Notes: generated by a model not told the origin, from the letters alone. DNA of 64,000 nt from Dehalococcoidales bacterium (GCA_041656115.1 JBBAED010000004.1:10186-74185); one strand, 5' to 3'; positions 20,284-30,814 are shown, counted from the first letter of the stretch. Program-made: numbers and translations.

Positions 20284-21018
20284 CTAAGGTTCGTTGAGGC
20301 TCCTTGCTTTAAGTTCCAAGAATCCCTCTTCGTAACGGCAAATTAAACCCTCACCGCTAAAACTATAATACTTATTCTCACCGATTACAATATGGTCTAA
20401 AACCTTCAACCCGACTGTTCCGGCCGCCATTACCAAATCGCGCGTCAAATCCTTGTCGCTCCGGCTGGGGGTGGGGTTACCGGAGGGGTGGTTATGAGCA
20501 AATATCATCGAAACAGCTTTGTGTTTGATGGCGCTTTCGATTACTTCGCGGATATGAACCACACTGCTGTCAACCGTGCCTTGGAACAAATCCTCGATTG
20601 CAATTATTTGATTCTGGCTGTTTAGATAGAACACCTTAAAGATTTCTTTTTTTAAGCCGCTCATTGAATGATAAAGATAATCAAAGACTTCTTGAGAGGA
20701 AGAAAGGGATTGTTTTTCGATTACACGATCTTTAAGGTATTGTTTGGCTACTTCATGAACAAAGGCAATTCCGAACGAATTATGCGGACCGATGCCGCTT
20801 ATTTGTTGCAATTCCTCGGGGGAGGCTTCCAAAACGCCCCGCAGTGTTTTAAACTTTTTGATCGCTTCTTTGGCCTGTTGCTTGCAATCCTTTCTGGGGG
20901 AGCCCAAAGTAAGCAACAACTCGATAATTTCGTAGTCGGCAAACCCTGTAAGCCCGGACGTAATAAATCTCTCGCGTAATCTTTTTCGGTGCCCGTCTCG
21001 ATTTATTTCATCTGCCAT
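20284..21018 (-). CDS. radC: RadC-family JAB-domain protein
   Basis: N-terminal HhH region and C-terminal JAMM motif HNHPSGNPTPSRSD. Confidence 0.85.
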   Translation of the reverse strand: MADEINRDGHRKRLRERFITSGLTGFADYEIIELLLTLGSPRKDCKQQAKEAIKKFKTLRGVLEASPEELQQISGIGPHNSFGIAFVHEVAKQYLKDRVIEKQSLSSSQEVFDYLYHSMSGLKKEIFKVFYLNSQNQIIAIEDLFQGTVDSSVVHIREVIESAIKHKAVSMIFAHNHPSGNPTPSRSDKDLTRDLVMAAGTVGLKVLDHIVIGENKYYSFSGEGLICRYEEGFLELKARSLNEP

Positions 21019-21364
21019 TCCGGTTCTCGGTATCGTTTATTATCACAATCAAAAAGATATCTCCGTTTTAAAAAGGATGCGTAATTCTAGCACAATTTTT
21101 ACGGGATTTGCATGGGTGGAGAACAGATTGATGCAAAGATAATTATTAAAAATAAGATAAAGACGTTCGGGCTAATCAGATTGAGAAGATTTCCCGTATC
21201 CGTCCGCAGATTGCAATACCGATTTTGGAAAAAAGAGCGCAATAAAAGAGCGAATTAAAAATGAGATGATACCTTGAGGCAGGTAAGATTTGATATTGAC
21301 AGGTCTATTTTTTATTTCAGGCCAAAAACAAAGGGGTTACACGCCTGGGCGTGGAATATACGTT

Positions 21365-21719
21365 TGGTGGAGACGGGGGAGAATCGAACTCCCCGTCCAA
21401 TAAAGACTGTCCTGAATATACTACAGGTTTAGTTAGCAGATTAAGCTCACCTTACCGGCCTCTGCTAACCGAGTTCGGTAAGGCCAGCCGATGGATCTTT
21501 CGTTACTCGTATCGGCATTCGGTTAACGGCACCCCGACATCTCGACACCCAATCCCTACCCGCCGGGGTGAGGTAGAGTTGGATGCGCTAGCTGTTTTTA
21601 GCCAGCGAGAACCATTTCAGGTTCGCCATTTATGTTTTTGCCACCTTTTTAATGAGAGCTGCGACAATCTCAACCTGCAATCCAGTAACTAACCTTTACT
21701 GTCGAAACCTTGCGTCCCC
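21365..21719 (-). ncRNA. ssrA: tmRNA (SsrA)
   Basis: The minus strand begins GGGGACGCAAGGTTTCGAC and ends GGGGAGTTCGATTCTCCCCCGTCTCCACCA (tRNA-like domain with CCA). The internal tag reading frame GGC GAA CCU GAA AUG GUU CUC GCU GGC UAA follows a GGCAAAAACAUAAAU leader. Adjacent to smpB. Confidence 0.85.
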
Positions 21720-21735
21720 ATATTCAACTGTTAAA

Positions 21736-22194
21736 TTATAATCTTTTCCGGTTTTTAATCGTCCGGTCCATTTCTCTTTCAGCATCACGCTGGATAATCG
21801 CCTGGCGTTTATCGTATTGCTTTTTACCCTTTGCCAGCGCAATTTGAACTTTGGCAACATGCCCTTTAATATACAGGCTTAACGGTACCAATGTCGAGCC
21901 CTTTTCGCTTGTTTTGGCAATCAGATTTCTGATTTCTTTACGGTGCAGAAGCAACTTGCGCGTGCGCGTCGGCTCGTGGCTCATGTAACTGCCGGATTCG
22001 TAGCGCGCAATATGGGCGTTAATAAGCCAAATCTCTCCGCGCTCGGGCTTAACAAAGGCCTGTCCGAGGTTAACCCTTCCCGAACGGATGGATTTTATCT
22101 CCGTTCCGGTCAGCACTATCCCGGCCTCAAATTTTTCTAAAATATTATAATCGTGGTAAGCCTTACGATTAGTGGCAATTGTTTTTATAGTCAT
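21736..22194 (-). CDS. smpB: SsrA-binding protein SmpB
   Basis: 152 aa, TIATNRKAYHDYNILE…IKSIRSGRVNL are canonical SmpB motifs. Confidence 0.9.
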   Translation of the reverse strand: MTIKTIATNRKAYHDYNILEKFEAGIVLTGTEIKSIRSGRVNLGQAFVKPERGEIWLINAHIARYESGSYMSHEPTRTRKLLLHRKEIRNLIAKTSEKGSTLVPLSLYIKGHVAKVQIALAKGKKQYDKRQAIIQRDAEREMDRTIKNRKRL

Positions 22195-22299
22195 CTTTAA
22201 TTATATCATTTTACGCTGTATGTGTGAATGAGTGCAAACGTACGCGCCGCAAACTGCTAATACGATGGATAACCCTTAATTATGGTGTAATATCTTAGC

Positions 22300-22998
22300 C
22301 TAGCGATATTCCCGCCATTTTTGAACAAGTTCTAAGGCGGCAAGCTTGGGGTTATCCGCCCCGGTAACCGCCGTAACAACAAAAAAACCGCCGACCCCCG
22401 TTTGGGCGAGCGCCGGAATATCGGCCGATTTAACCCCGCCCCCCACCACCACCGGAATCAGGCTTATCCTTGCCAGTTTGGCAATTTCTTCCAAGCTCCT
22501 CGTAATTATCTTACCGTCCGCGCCGATACCGCAATCGGGCTTGGTTGTTGTTTCGCGTAACGGACCGGCACCGAAGTAATCAATATCGGAAACATCCGCC
22601 GTTTGGATATACTCAAATAACTGATGCGTTCTCGCCGATAAGCCGATAATTGAATCTTTCCCTAAATAGTAACGGCATACATCAACCGGAATATCAGCTT
22701 GCCCTACATGGATTCCGTCAACTTTGGCGCCCTGCTTTCTGGCAGCCAATACAACATCAAGGCGGTCATCCACCAGTAAAGTAATTTCATCTGCCCTTCC
22801 GGATTGTGCGATTACATCAGAGGCTTTGCAGGTTATCTCTATTAAATCACGTGCCGAAGCGGTTTTAGAACGAATCTGCACACAAGTAAACATCGCTTCA
22901 ACGGCATCTTTAATAATCGGGATAATGGGGCGCCCTTTGGTATTTTCCGGCCCGATTACCAAATAGGCCGAAAGGTCGAATTTTTTACTGCCCTTCAT
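22300..22998 (-). CDS. thiE: thiamine-phosphate synthase
   Basis: 232 aa TIM-barrel with LYLV-like opening (AYLVIGPE), VQIRSK and the C-terminal GGFFVVTAV glycine-rich phosphate-binding motifs. Confidence 0.8.
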   Translation of the reverse strand: MKGSKKFDLSAYLVIGPENTKGRPIIPIIKDAVEAMFTCVQIRSKTASARDLIEITCKASDVIAQSGRADEITLLVDDRLDVVLAARKQGAKVDGIHVGQADIPVDVCRYYLGKDSIIGLSARTHQLFEYIQTADVSDIDYFGAGPLRETTTKPDCGIGADGKIITRSLEEIAKLARISLIPVVVGGGVKSADIPALAQTGVGGFFVVTAVTGADNPKLAALELVQKWREYR

Positions 22999-23299
22999 TA
23001 TCTTCCGCCAGAATAACGTTTATTTTATCCACTTTGGCATTGATGGTGTTTGAAAACCCCGGGCGTACATCGGCCTTCAAAACAACCTCCGTGCGAATGC
23101 CTTTTGAAGCAAGAACAAACGTCGCTTCTTTAACAACTTGCATCACCTCGTCCCACTCGCCTTCAATTTCGGTAAACATCGCGCTTGTACGATTCGGTAA
23201 CCCGGATTTGCGGATTACCCTAATCACCTCGGCTACCTCAGGCGCAAGCTCGTCGCCGACCCCGAAAGGCGCAATCGCCACCGCAACCAATGTATTCAT
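22985..23299 (-). CDS. YkoF/MTH1187-family thiamine-binding protein
   Basis: 104 aa ferredoxin-like, sandwiched between thiM and thiE and overlapping thiE by 14 nt. Confidence 0.55.
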   Translation of the reverse strand: MNTLVAVAIAPFGVGDELAPEVAEVIRVIRKSGLPNRTSAMFTEIEGEWDEVMQVVKEATFVLASKGIRTEVVLKADVRPGFSNTINAKVDKINVILAEDNEGQ

Positions 23300-23301
23300 A
23301 A

Positions 23302-24141
23302 TTAGACCTCCTCAATTTCAAACGGATTGGCGGCAATTTCCTCTGCGGTTGCCTTATGTAATTCGTCAAGGAAACAAATCTGAAAACTTGCCGGTCCGTT
23401 TGCCTCTTTTTCGGCAATTTTACCCGCCAGATTATACGCCGCAGAAGCGGTAAGTGCGGCAATCAAAGGAGCGGTAACCGCCAAATAGACCGTAACGACC
23501 CCGCCCAGGGAACACCCCCCGCCGGTGATTTTTTCCATCAAGTGCGACCCGCCATAAGAATAAACCGTTAAATTGCCGTCGGTAATTAAATCCGTTTCTC
23601 CCGATACCGCAACGGCACCTCCGGTCCACTTTGCGAGAGCAACAGCCGCTGATTTGGCGGAAACAACCGCATCCGTAGAATCAACCCCGCGAACGCGGGA
23701 TTTCCCGGAACCGCCCTCCAGACCCCATAAACCGGCTAAGGCAATAATCTCGGAAGCGTTGCCCCTGATAACGGACGGCTTATATTCTTTAAACTGTGCC
23801 AATACCTGCGACCGAAAAGAGCCAATCCCGATTGCCACCGGGTCTAAAACCCAGTGTTTCCCGGTTTCATGCAATAACTTGGCAACCCTCGGCAGTGTCT
23901 GCTCGTAAATCGGGATAAGCGTCCCCATATTGATATAAGTCGCCTCACCCAAACCGGCTAAAATCTCACCCTCTTCGGGTAAATAAACCATCGCGGCGGA
24001 ACCGCCGACGGCAAGTTGGGCATTGGCAACAAAATTAATCGAAACGGCATTCGTAATTGAGCCAACCACCGGATTGGTTTGTTTTACCGTTTCAACGGCA
24101 TTTATGATTTGTTTTTGAATTTCTTTTTTGTTAACCATCAA
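23302..24141 (-). CDS. thiM: hydroxyethylthiazole kinase
   Basis: 279 aa. NPVVGSITNAVSINFVANAQLAVGGSAAM matches the ThiM N-terminus. Operon with ykoF-thiE. Confidence 0.85.
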   Translation of the reverse strand: MMVNKKEIQKQIINAVETVKQTNPVVGSITNAVSINFVANAQLAVGGSAAMVYLPEEGEILAGLGEATYINMGTLIPIYEQTLPRVAKLLHETGKHWVLDPVAIGIGSFRSQVLAQFKEYKPSVIRGNASEIIALAGLWGLEGGSGKSRVRGVDSTDAVVSAKSAAVALAKWTGGAVAVSGETDLITDGNLTVYSYGGSHLMEKITGGGCSLGGVVTVYLAVTAPLIAALTASAAYNLAGKIAEKEANGPASFQICFLDELHKATAEEIAANPFEIEEV

Positions 24142-24218
24142 AATTTGCCTCTCGTAAAATCAGGTGCAGACGGGGTTTCCGCCAGACGGCAGATTAAGGA
24201 TTATGCGATTGGGTTCAA

Positions 24219-24266
24219 CGCAAAAACATTACGGGTAGAACAGGCTCATACTGCCTCTACCCGTAA
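24219..24266 (-). terminator. rho-independent terminator downstream of valS
   Basis: Minus strand reads TTACGGGTAGAGGCAGTATGAGCCTGTTCTACCCGTAA followed by TGTTTTTG (10-bp perfect stem plus U tract). Confidence 0.65.
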
Positions 24267-24300
24267 TTATAAACCTGATTGTAAGGGAGTGCAAAGAAGA

Positions 24301-26970
24301 TTATTCTTGGATATGCGATAAGTGTTCCCTCAGTTTTGCCAGTTTATCTTCTCTTGCCGCCAGATTCGCTTTTTCTTTATCAACAACCTGCGGCGGCGCT
24401 TTCGTAAGGAATGCTTCATCGCTTAACCTGTTTTTAAGGCGAGCCACATCGTTATCCAATTGTTCGATTTCTTTGCCGATACGCTTTTTCTCAGCTTCAA
24501 TATCAACCATACTTTGCATCGGAATCACTATTTCGATTCCTTCAAGGGCTATAACCAACGCGTTTTCGGGCAGCGCCCCTTCTCTTGCGCCTTTTACAAC
24601 CGGAACGGCCTTTGCCAACGTTTGGATTGCCGAAGCATAAGCGGCAATCTCCTTTTCTTTTTCACCGGCATATATTATCGCCTCAATCAGCTTTGATTGC
24701 TCTACTTTATACTCGGTTCTGGCATTGCGCACGGAGCGGATAATTTCAACTACCGAAGCCATTACCTCTTCGGCAGCCTTATCTTCAAGTGATTTATCGG
24801 TGCGGGGATAAGATGCAATCATAATTGATTCGGGTCTTGTTTTATCCGCGGGAAGCCTGCTAACAATATTTTGCCAGAGTTCTTCCGTTATAAACGGCAT
24901 AAACGGATGCAATAAGCGCAGCGATTTTTCCAAGACTTCAATCAATACCGGAATGGGGGAAATCACGCCTTCGGCGGCATTTAACCTGACCTTGGTGATT
25001 TCAATGTACCAATCGCAGAATTCACCCCACAGGAAATCGTAGATTTGGCGCTGTACTTCGCCGAATTGGTATTCCTGCATAAGCCTGTCAACATCGGCAA
25101 CGGTTGAATTTAAGCGGCTTAAAATCCATCGGTCTTCAAGCGGCAGAAATTCCCGTTCTATCTTCATATCGCCGTTATAGGATTCCATGCTCTTTAACAC
25201 AAAACGGGTGGCATTCCACATCTTGTTGGCGAAGTTCCGGCCGGCTTCCATTTTGATGGGGGTAATCTTGGTATCATTACCCGGTGATATACCGGTAGAA
25301 AGCGCAAAGCGCAAGGCATCAGTGCCGTACTTATCCATCAGTTCAAGGGGATCAACCACATTGCCCCTGGTTTTACTCATTTTCTCGCCCTTTTCGTCAC
25401 GCACCAAACCGTGCAGATAAACCGTGCGGAAAGGAATATTGCCGGTATCTTCAATCCCCAGCATTATCATTCGCGCAACCCAGAAAAAGAGGATATCGTA
25501 AGCGGTTTCCAGGACCGAAGTGGGGTAGAAATAACGCAAATCTTCCGTATCATCGGGCCAGCCCAAAGTTGAATGCGGCCAAAGCGCCGAACTAAACCAG
25601 GTATCCAAGACATCGGGGTCTTGTTCTATCGCGGATGAACCGCAGCCTGAGCAACACTGAGGGTCTTTATTATCAACCGTTAAAGCGTCGCACTCTTTGC
25701 AGTACCAGACCGGTATGCGGTGCCCCCACCATAACTGCCGTGATATACACCAATCGCGGATATTTTCCATCCAGTTCAAATAAACCTTGGTAAAACGCTC
25801 GGGGAGGATTGTAATCCGCCCGTCGGTTACGGCCTCGATTGCCGGCTTTGCCAGCGGCTCCGTTTTTACAAACCATTGCTTACTGGCAATCGGCTCGACA
25901 ACGGTATTGCAACGGAAGCAGTGCCCGATTGAATGGTTATAGGGTTCGATTTTAACCAATAAGCCGTCTTTATCAAGATCGGTAATGATTGCTTTGCGGC
26001 ATTCAAATCGGTCCATCCCGACATAAGGACCGGCGTTTTCGTTCATTGTGGCGTCGGGGTTTAAAATATTAACAAGGGGCAGATTGTGCCTTTGCCCGAT
26101 TTCAAAGTCAACCGGATCGTGCGCCGGAGTAACCTTAACCGCTCCGGTACCAAACTCCAAATCAACGGCTTCGTCACCAACAATCGGAATTTCACGATTA
26201 ACAACCGGAACAATCGCCTTTTTACCGATAAACTTGGCTAATTTCTCATCGACCGGATTAATGGCGATGGCAGTATCGCCCAAAAGGGTTTCGGGGCGCG
26301 TCGTTGCCACCGTCAGGTAGTTTTCTTCATCGCCGGCTAATTTATAGCGAATGTAATAGAGATTACCTTCAACGTCTTTATGATTAACTTCAAGGTCGGA
26401 AAGCGCCGTAGCACAGCGCGGACAGCGGTTGATAATGCGTTCCCCTCTGTAAATCAACCCTTTATTGTACAAACGCACAAAGGCCTCGCGCACGGCTTTG
26501 CTTAAACTTTCGTCCAGCGTAAAGCGTTCGCGGCTCCAATCGCAGGAAATACCCAAGCGCTGGTGCTGGTGCATAATCGTATCATGGCACTCGCCGGCCC
26601 ATTCCCAGATTCTTTTTTCGAATTTTTCACGCCCCATATCATATTTATCGGTTCCCTCCGCAGCCAGCTGCCTTTCAACAACCACCTGCGCCGCAATACC
26701 GGCGTGGTCAAAACCGGGCAGCCATAACGTCGGTTCACCCAGCATACGATGCCAACGGATCATAATATCTTCCAGAGTTGCGGTTAAGGCATGCCCAACG
26801 TGCAACCCGCCCGTAACATTGGGCGGAGGCATCATAATCACGAAAGGCTCTTTATTATGGTCTATCTTCGGTTTGAAGTATTCCTGCTTCATCCAATATT
26901 CATACCACTTAGTCTCAACCTTGGCCGCTTCGTAAGCCTTTGGCATCTCGTTTTGTTCAGATTCAAACAT
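24301..26970 (-). CDS. valS: valyl-tRNA synthetase
   Basis: 889 aa. HVGHAL (HIGH) and KMSKT (KMSKS) motifs, C-terminal coiled-coil tail. Confidence 0.95.
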   Translation of the reverse strand: MFESEQNEMPKAYEAAKVETKWYEYWMKQEYFKPKIDHNKEPFVIMMPPPNVTGGLHVGHALTATLEDIMIRWHRMLGEPTLWLPGFDHAGIAAQVVVERQLAAEGTDKYDMGREKFEKRIWEWAGECHDTIMHQHQRLGISCDWSRERFTLDESLSKAVREAFVRLYNKGLIYRGERIINRCPRCATALSDLEVNHKDVEGNLYYIRYKLAGDEENYLTVATTRPETLLGDTAIAINPVDEKLAKFIGKKAIVPVVNREIPIVGDEAVDLEFGTGAVKVTPAHDPVDFEIGQRHNLPLVNILNPDATMNENAGPYVGMDRFECRKAIITDLDKDGLLVKIEPYNHSIGHCFRCNTVVEPIASKQWFVKTEPLAKPAIEAVTDGRITILPERFTKVYLNWMENIRDWCISRQLWWGHRIPVWYCKECDALTVDNKDPQCCSGCGSSAIEQDPDVLDTWFSSALWPHSTLGWPDDTEDLRYFYPTSVLETAYDILFFWVARMIMLGIEDTGNIPFRTVYLHGLVRDEKGEKMSKTRGNVVDPLELMDKYGTDALRFALSTGISPGNDTKITPIKMEAGRNFANKMWNATRFVLKSMESYNGDMKIEREFLPLEDRWILSRLNSTVADVDRLMQEYQFGEVQRQIYDFLWGEFCDWYIEITKVRLNAAEGVISPIPVLIEVLEKSLRLLHPFMPFITEELWQNIVSRLPADKTRPESIMIASYPRTDKSLEDKAAEEVMASVVEIIRSVRNARTEYKVEQSKLIEAIIYAGEKEKEIAAYASAIQTLAKAVPVVKGAREGALPENALVIALEGIEIVIPMQSMVDIEAEKKRIGKEIEQLDNDVARLKNRLSDEAFLTKAPPQVVDKEKANLAAREDKLAKLREHLSHIQE

Positions 26971-27083
26971 ACTTGCCCCTTAAAAGTTTTTGTTAATAAT
27001 TCTCCCGCGACAGAGAATAAGCGGGTGATTAAAAGAGAGGGGCATTACCCCTCACAGATTCCACTCCGTTTTACCGCAATAAG

Positions 27084-28292
27084 CTACATTATTTCTTTAA
27101 TCTTATCTAAAATCTTGTCCGCCACTTCGCACTTGGACATTAGCGGCAGTACTTCGGTTTGTTTATTTCTGTCAATTATTGTAACACGATTGTTATCGGC
27201 ACCAAAGCCGCTGTCTTTATCGGTTATATCGTTGGCAACAATAAAATTAAGCCCTTTACGCTCAAGTTTTAATTTGGCATTTTCAAGCAGGTTCTCGCTC
27301 TCGGCGGCAAACCCGACTCTAATAAAATCACCCTTAAGGGTTGATAGAATATCTGCGGTTTTGACCATTTTTAATTCAATAACGGCATCTTCCTTTTTAA
27401 TTTTACTGCCGCAAATAGTCTCGGCACGATAATCCGCCACCGCCGCCGCCATAATAAGCGCGTCGGCGCCGACAACCGCTTTTTCAACCGCTTGTTTCAT
27501 ATCCTCGGCCGATTCAACGGTTACAATTTCCATCCCTGCCGAAGGATAAACGGGAACGGTTGTTACAACGGTAACATCAGCCCCTCTGTCGCGCGCCGCC
27601 CGGGCAACGGCAACCCCCATTTTACCGCTGGAACGGTTACCGATAAAACGCACGGGGTCAATCGCCTCACGGGTACCGCCTGCGGTAACCACGATACGTT
27701 TACCTGCAAAATCACCGCCGCGTGCCAATACCAATTTGATGATATCGATTATTTCCGCCGTTTCAGGCAGACGCCCTTGCCCGATTTTACCCGATAAAAG
27801 ATGCCCGAATCCGGGCTCGATAACGGTAAACCCTCTATCTTTAAGTTTGGATAAATTTTTCTGAGTTATCGGATTGTTAAGCATGTTATCGTTCATCGCC
27901 GGAGCCAAAACAACAGGTGCTCCGGTAGCTAAAACAGTACAGCTCAGTATGTCATCGGCCAGCCCGCAAGCAATTTTAGCAATACTGTTAGCGGTTGCCG
28001 GGGCAATCAAAATTAAATCCGCCGCTTCGGCCAGTGCCACATGAGCGGATTTGAAGCCCGGTACCTCTTCCCACATATCCGTAAAAACATGCCTGCCGGT
28101 TATACTGCGCAGAGTTAAGGGGGGAATAAACTTGGCGGCCGACTCTGTCATAACGACGTCAACATTTGCACCAAATTGGCAAAGTTTACTGGCAATATCC
28201 GGAGATTTATAAGCGGAAACGCCGCCGGTTATTCCCAAAAGGATTGTTTTATCTTTTAATATATCCATATTTCTGCCTTTATTATCATCCAA
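27084..28292 (-). CDS. coaBC: bifunctional phosphopantothenoylcysteine decarboxylase/synthetase
   Basis: 402 aa. N-terminal flavoprotein domain (ILLGITGGVSAYK) and C-terminal CoaB domain (GKMGVAVA). Confidence 0.9.
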   Translation of the reverse strand: MDDNKGRNMDILKDKTILLGITGGVSAYKSPDIASKLCQFGANVDVVMTESAAKFIPPLTLRSITGRHVFTDMWEEVPGFKSAHVALAEAADLILIAPATANSIAKIACGLADDILSCTVLATGAPVVLAPAMNDNMLNNPITQKNLSKLKDRGFTVIEPGFGHLLSGKIGQGRLPETAEIIDIIKLVLARGGDFAGKRIVVTAGGTREAIDPVRFIGNRSSGKMGVAVARAARDRGADVTVVTTVPVYPSAGMEIVTVESAEDMKQAVEKAVVGADALIMAAAVADYRAETICGSKIKKEDAVIELKMVKTADILSTLKGDFIRVGFAAESENLLENAKLKLERKGLNFIVANDITDKDSGFGADNNRVTIIDRNKQTEVLPLMSKCEVADKILDKIKEIM

Positions 28293-28348
28293 ACAGACGA
28301 TATTTTAGTCTACCCTTAACAGCGCGGCCATGCAAGATAATCTGATTG

Positions 28349-29116
28349 TTATTCGCGATTCATTTCGTAAATCAGCCTCAGACCGACCAGCGTCAGGTCG
28401 GGATTAACCTCGTCAATCGCTTTTGTTCCTTTGGCAATCAGCCCGGCAAAACCGCCGGTGGCAATCACTTTGGCTTTGCCTCCGATTTCCTCCCGTAAGC
28501 GCGCTACCATGCTTTCCACTAAACCCACGTATCCGTAAAATACACCCGATTTCATTGCGTCTACGGTATTAGTGCCAATCACTTTACCGGGCACCGTAAG
28601 ATCAATTCTGGGAAGCATAGCGGCTCTTTGAAAGAGCGCTTCAGAGGAAGAAAGAATCCCCGGCGCAATCGCCCCGCCGATATAATCCCCGCTTTGAGAA
28701 ACAATTTCAAAAGTAGTTGCCGTTCCCATATCAACAATAATTACCGGACCGCCGTACAAGTGTTTGGCGGCAACCGCATCCGCTATTCGATCGGCACCGA
28801 CTTCTTTCGGATTGTCCATACAAATCCGCATGCCCGTTTTGACCCCCGCGGCGACAACAAGCGGCGAAAGTCCGAAATATCTTTTGACCACTCCTTCAAA
28901 AATAGAAGTCAGCGGAGGAACAACACTGCATAAAGCGACTTCATTAATATCCGACAGCTCCAAACCGCGCGTTTTCAATACGCTTATCAGTAAAACGGCG
29001 TTTTCGTCGGCGGTGCGGTGGATTGAAGTTGTAAGCTGAAAAGTTGTCTTTTTTTGCTCACCGTCAAATACACCAACCGTAATTTCCGTGTTTCCGATAT
29101 CAATTGCCAGTAACAT
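28349..29116 (-). CDS. coaX: type III pantothenate kinase
   Basis: 255 aa. MLLAIDIGNTEITVGVF matches the ASKHA N-terminus of CoaX. Confidence 0.85.
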   Translation of the reverse strand: MLLAIDIGNTEITVGVFDGEQKKTTFQLTTSIHRTADENAVLLISVLKTRGLELSDINEVALCSVVPPLTSIFEGVVKRYFGLSPLVVAAGVKTGMRICMDNPKEVGADRIADAVAAKHLYGGPVIIVDMGTATTFEIVSQSGDYIGGAIAPGILSSSEALFQRAAMLPRIDLTVPGKVIGTNTVDAMKSGVFYGYVGLVESMVARLREEIGGKAKVIATGGFAGLIAKGTKAIDEVNPDLTLVGLRLIYEMNRE

Positions 29117-29194
29117 ATTTCCCTCTTAAACAATGATAATCCCGATTAGGCTCGCAAGCAAAAAGAGTTCGCTGTGAGCGGCTATATTTTTAAG

Positions 29195-30739
29195 CTAACT
29201 ATCTTTTAGAGCCTTAATTACCTTAGGCAGCACCGGCAGTAAATCACCGGCAAGCATTCCGGTATCTCCCAGCTCGGATTTAACCGCTTCACCGGCTTGT
29301 CCGTGTATCCAAACCCCTAAACAGGCGGCGCTAAAATTATCCAACCCTTGCGCCATAAGCCCGGCAATAACCCCAGCCAACACATCGCCGGTACCGGCGG
29401 AGGCCAGCCCCGGGTTAGCAAACGGGGCAACATAGCATCTTCCGTCAAATGAGGCGATTACCGTATAAGCCCCTTTAAGGACAATTGTTTTAACCCATTC
29501 CTTTGCAAAGCGCATGGCAATATTGATCCTGTCTTTTTGAATCTCTTCGATAGATATTCCCGTTAGACCTGCCATTTCGCCGGGATGCGGTGTTAAAATT
29601 GCATCCATCCCCAGCTTCTGCTGCCAGCCCGGTACTTTTGCCAATATATTTAGGGCGTCGGCATCAACAACCGACCGAAGCGACAATTCTTTTTTGAATA
29701 AAACCGTTCTTGTAAAAGCGGCAGTCATTTTGTGTTGACCCAAACCGCTCCCGATAAGCAGCACATTATAATTTTGCAAAGCTGACAACACCTCGGAAGA
29801 GGCGCCTTCGGAAACAATCCCTTTTTCCGATTCCGCAAGCGGTAAATAAGTCACTTCGTTTAATTTTGGAGCCATAACGGGCTGTAATCCGACGGGGATT
29901 GCCAGGGTTACCAATCCGGCGCCAACCCTAATGGCAGCGGTACACGCCAGATAAGCCGCCCCGATATAATTTGGGGACCCGGTAACCGCCAGCACTTTGC
30001 CGAAAGTGCCTTTATTGGCATCCAAAGGGCGCATGGGAAGCACCGATGCGGCCCAGTCTTTATCTAAAAGCTCAAGCCTGACGTCTCTTGCGATATAATC
30101 GGGGATTCCGATATCGGCAATTACAATTTTACCCGCCTTTTGCGGACCCCTACCGATAAATAAACCGACTTTCGGAAACCCGAGTGTTATTGTGTAATCA
30201 GACGAAAGACATGCGGAACCGCACTCACCGCTATCACCATTAAGACCCGAGGGGATATCAACCGCCACTGTTTTAAGACGGCGATATTTAGACTTAGCTT
30301 CAGCGACTTTCTTAAGGGCATCTCTGTAAATATCTTCAAGCGGACGGTTGACGCCGGTACCGAATAATGCGTCAATAACAACATCAGCTGTTCGAAGCAG
30401 ACTATCCAGTCCGTCTAAGTTTTTATAAACCGGAATACGGCTCTGGGTTACCCTTTTAAGATTAGCATCTTTTTCGTTACGCTCGCCCAAAAGAAAAACA
30501 TTGACCTTGGCTTCCCATTCATTCAAATATCGGGCACACACCAAACCGTCGCCGCCGTTGTTACCCGGGCCGCAAAGGACAACTATATTTTTATTAAACG
30601 CCTCCTCCAGAACCCTGCGAACCTCAACGGCGACCTGTTTCCCGGCGTTTTCCATTAGAGTATCAAGAGAAATGCCTGCCTTAACAGATTCCTGTTCCGC
30701 TTGTTTCATACGAGAGGTAGTTAAAATCTTCATTATCAA
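29195..30739 (-). CDS. nnr: bifunctional NAD(P)H-hydrate epimerase / ADP-dependent dehydratase
   Basis: 514 aa. YjeF-N domain (VLCGPGNNGGDGLV) followed by the carbohydrate-kinase-like YjeF-C domain. Confidence 0.85.
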   Translation of the reverse strand: MIMKILTTSRMKQAEQESVKAGISLDTLMENAGKQVAVEVRRVLEEAFNKNIVVLCGPGNNGGDGLVCARYLNEWEAKVNVFLLGERNEKDANLKRVTQSRIPVYKNLDGLDSLLRTADVVIDALFGTGVNRPLEDIYRDALKKVAEAKSKYRRLKTVAVDIPSGLNGDSGECGSACLSSDYTITLGFPKVGLFIGRGPQKAGKIVIADIGIPDYIARDVRLELLDKDWAASVLPMRPLDANKGTFGKVLAVTGSPNYIGAAYLACTAAIRVGAGLVTLAIPVGLQPVMAPKLNEVTYLPLAESEKGIVSEGASSEVLSALQNYNVLLIGSGLGQHKMTAAFTRTVLFKKELSLRSVVDADALNILAKVPGWQQKLGMDAILTPHPGEMAGLTGISIEEIQKDRINIAMRFAKEWVKTIVLKGAYTVIASFDGRCYVAPFANPGLASAGTGDVLAGVIAGLMAQGLDNFSAACLGVWIHGQAGEAVKSELGDTGMLAGDLLPVLPKVIKALKDS

Positions 30740-30814
30740 CCATCCTGTGGATAAAGTTTAGCAATACCGCAATCAGGGGTCAATAGTAAAAGAAGAATGT
30801 TTTATAAGTTGTGT

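Noticed and set aside
21019-21340. Possible degenerate copy of the ssrA 3' end (GGTGGAGAAC at ~21107) as an island att site.
   Set aside because: Only an 8-nt match, well within chance.
21351-21692. 113-aa plus-strand ORF.
   Set aside because: It lies antisense across the tmRNA gene (21365..21719 minus). It is explained by the ncRNA.
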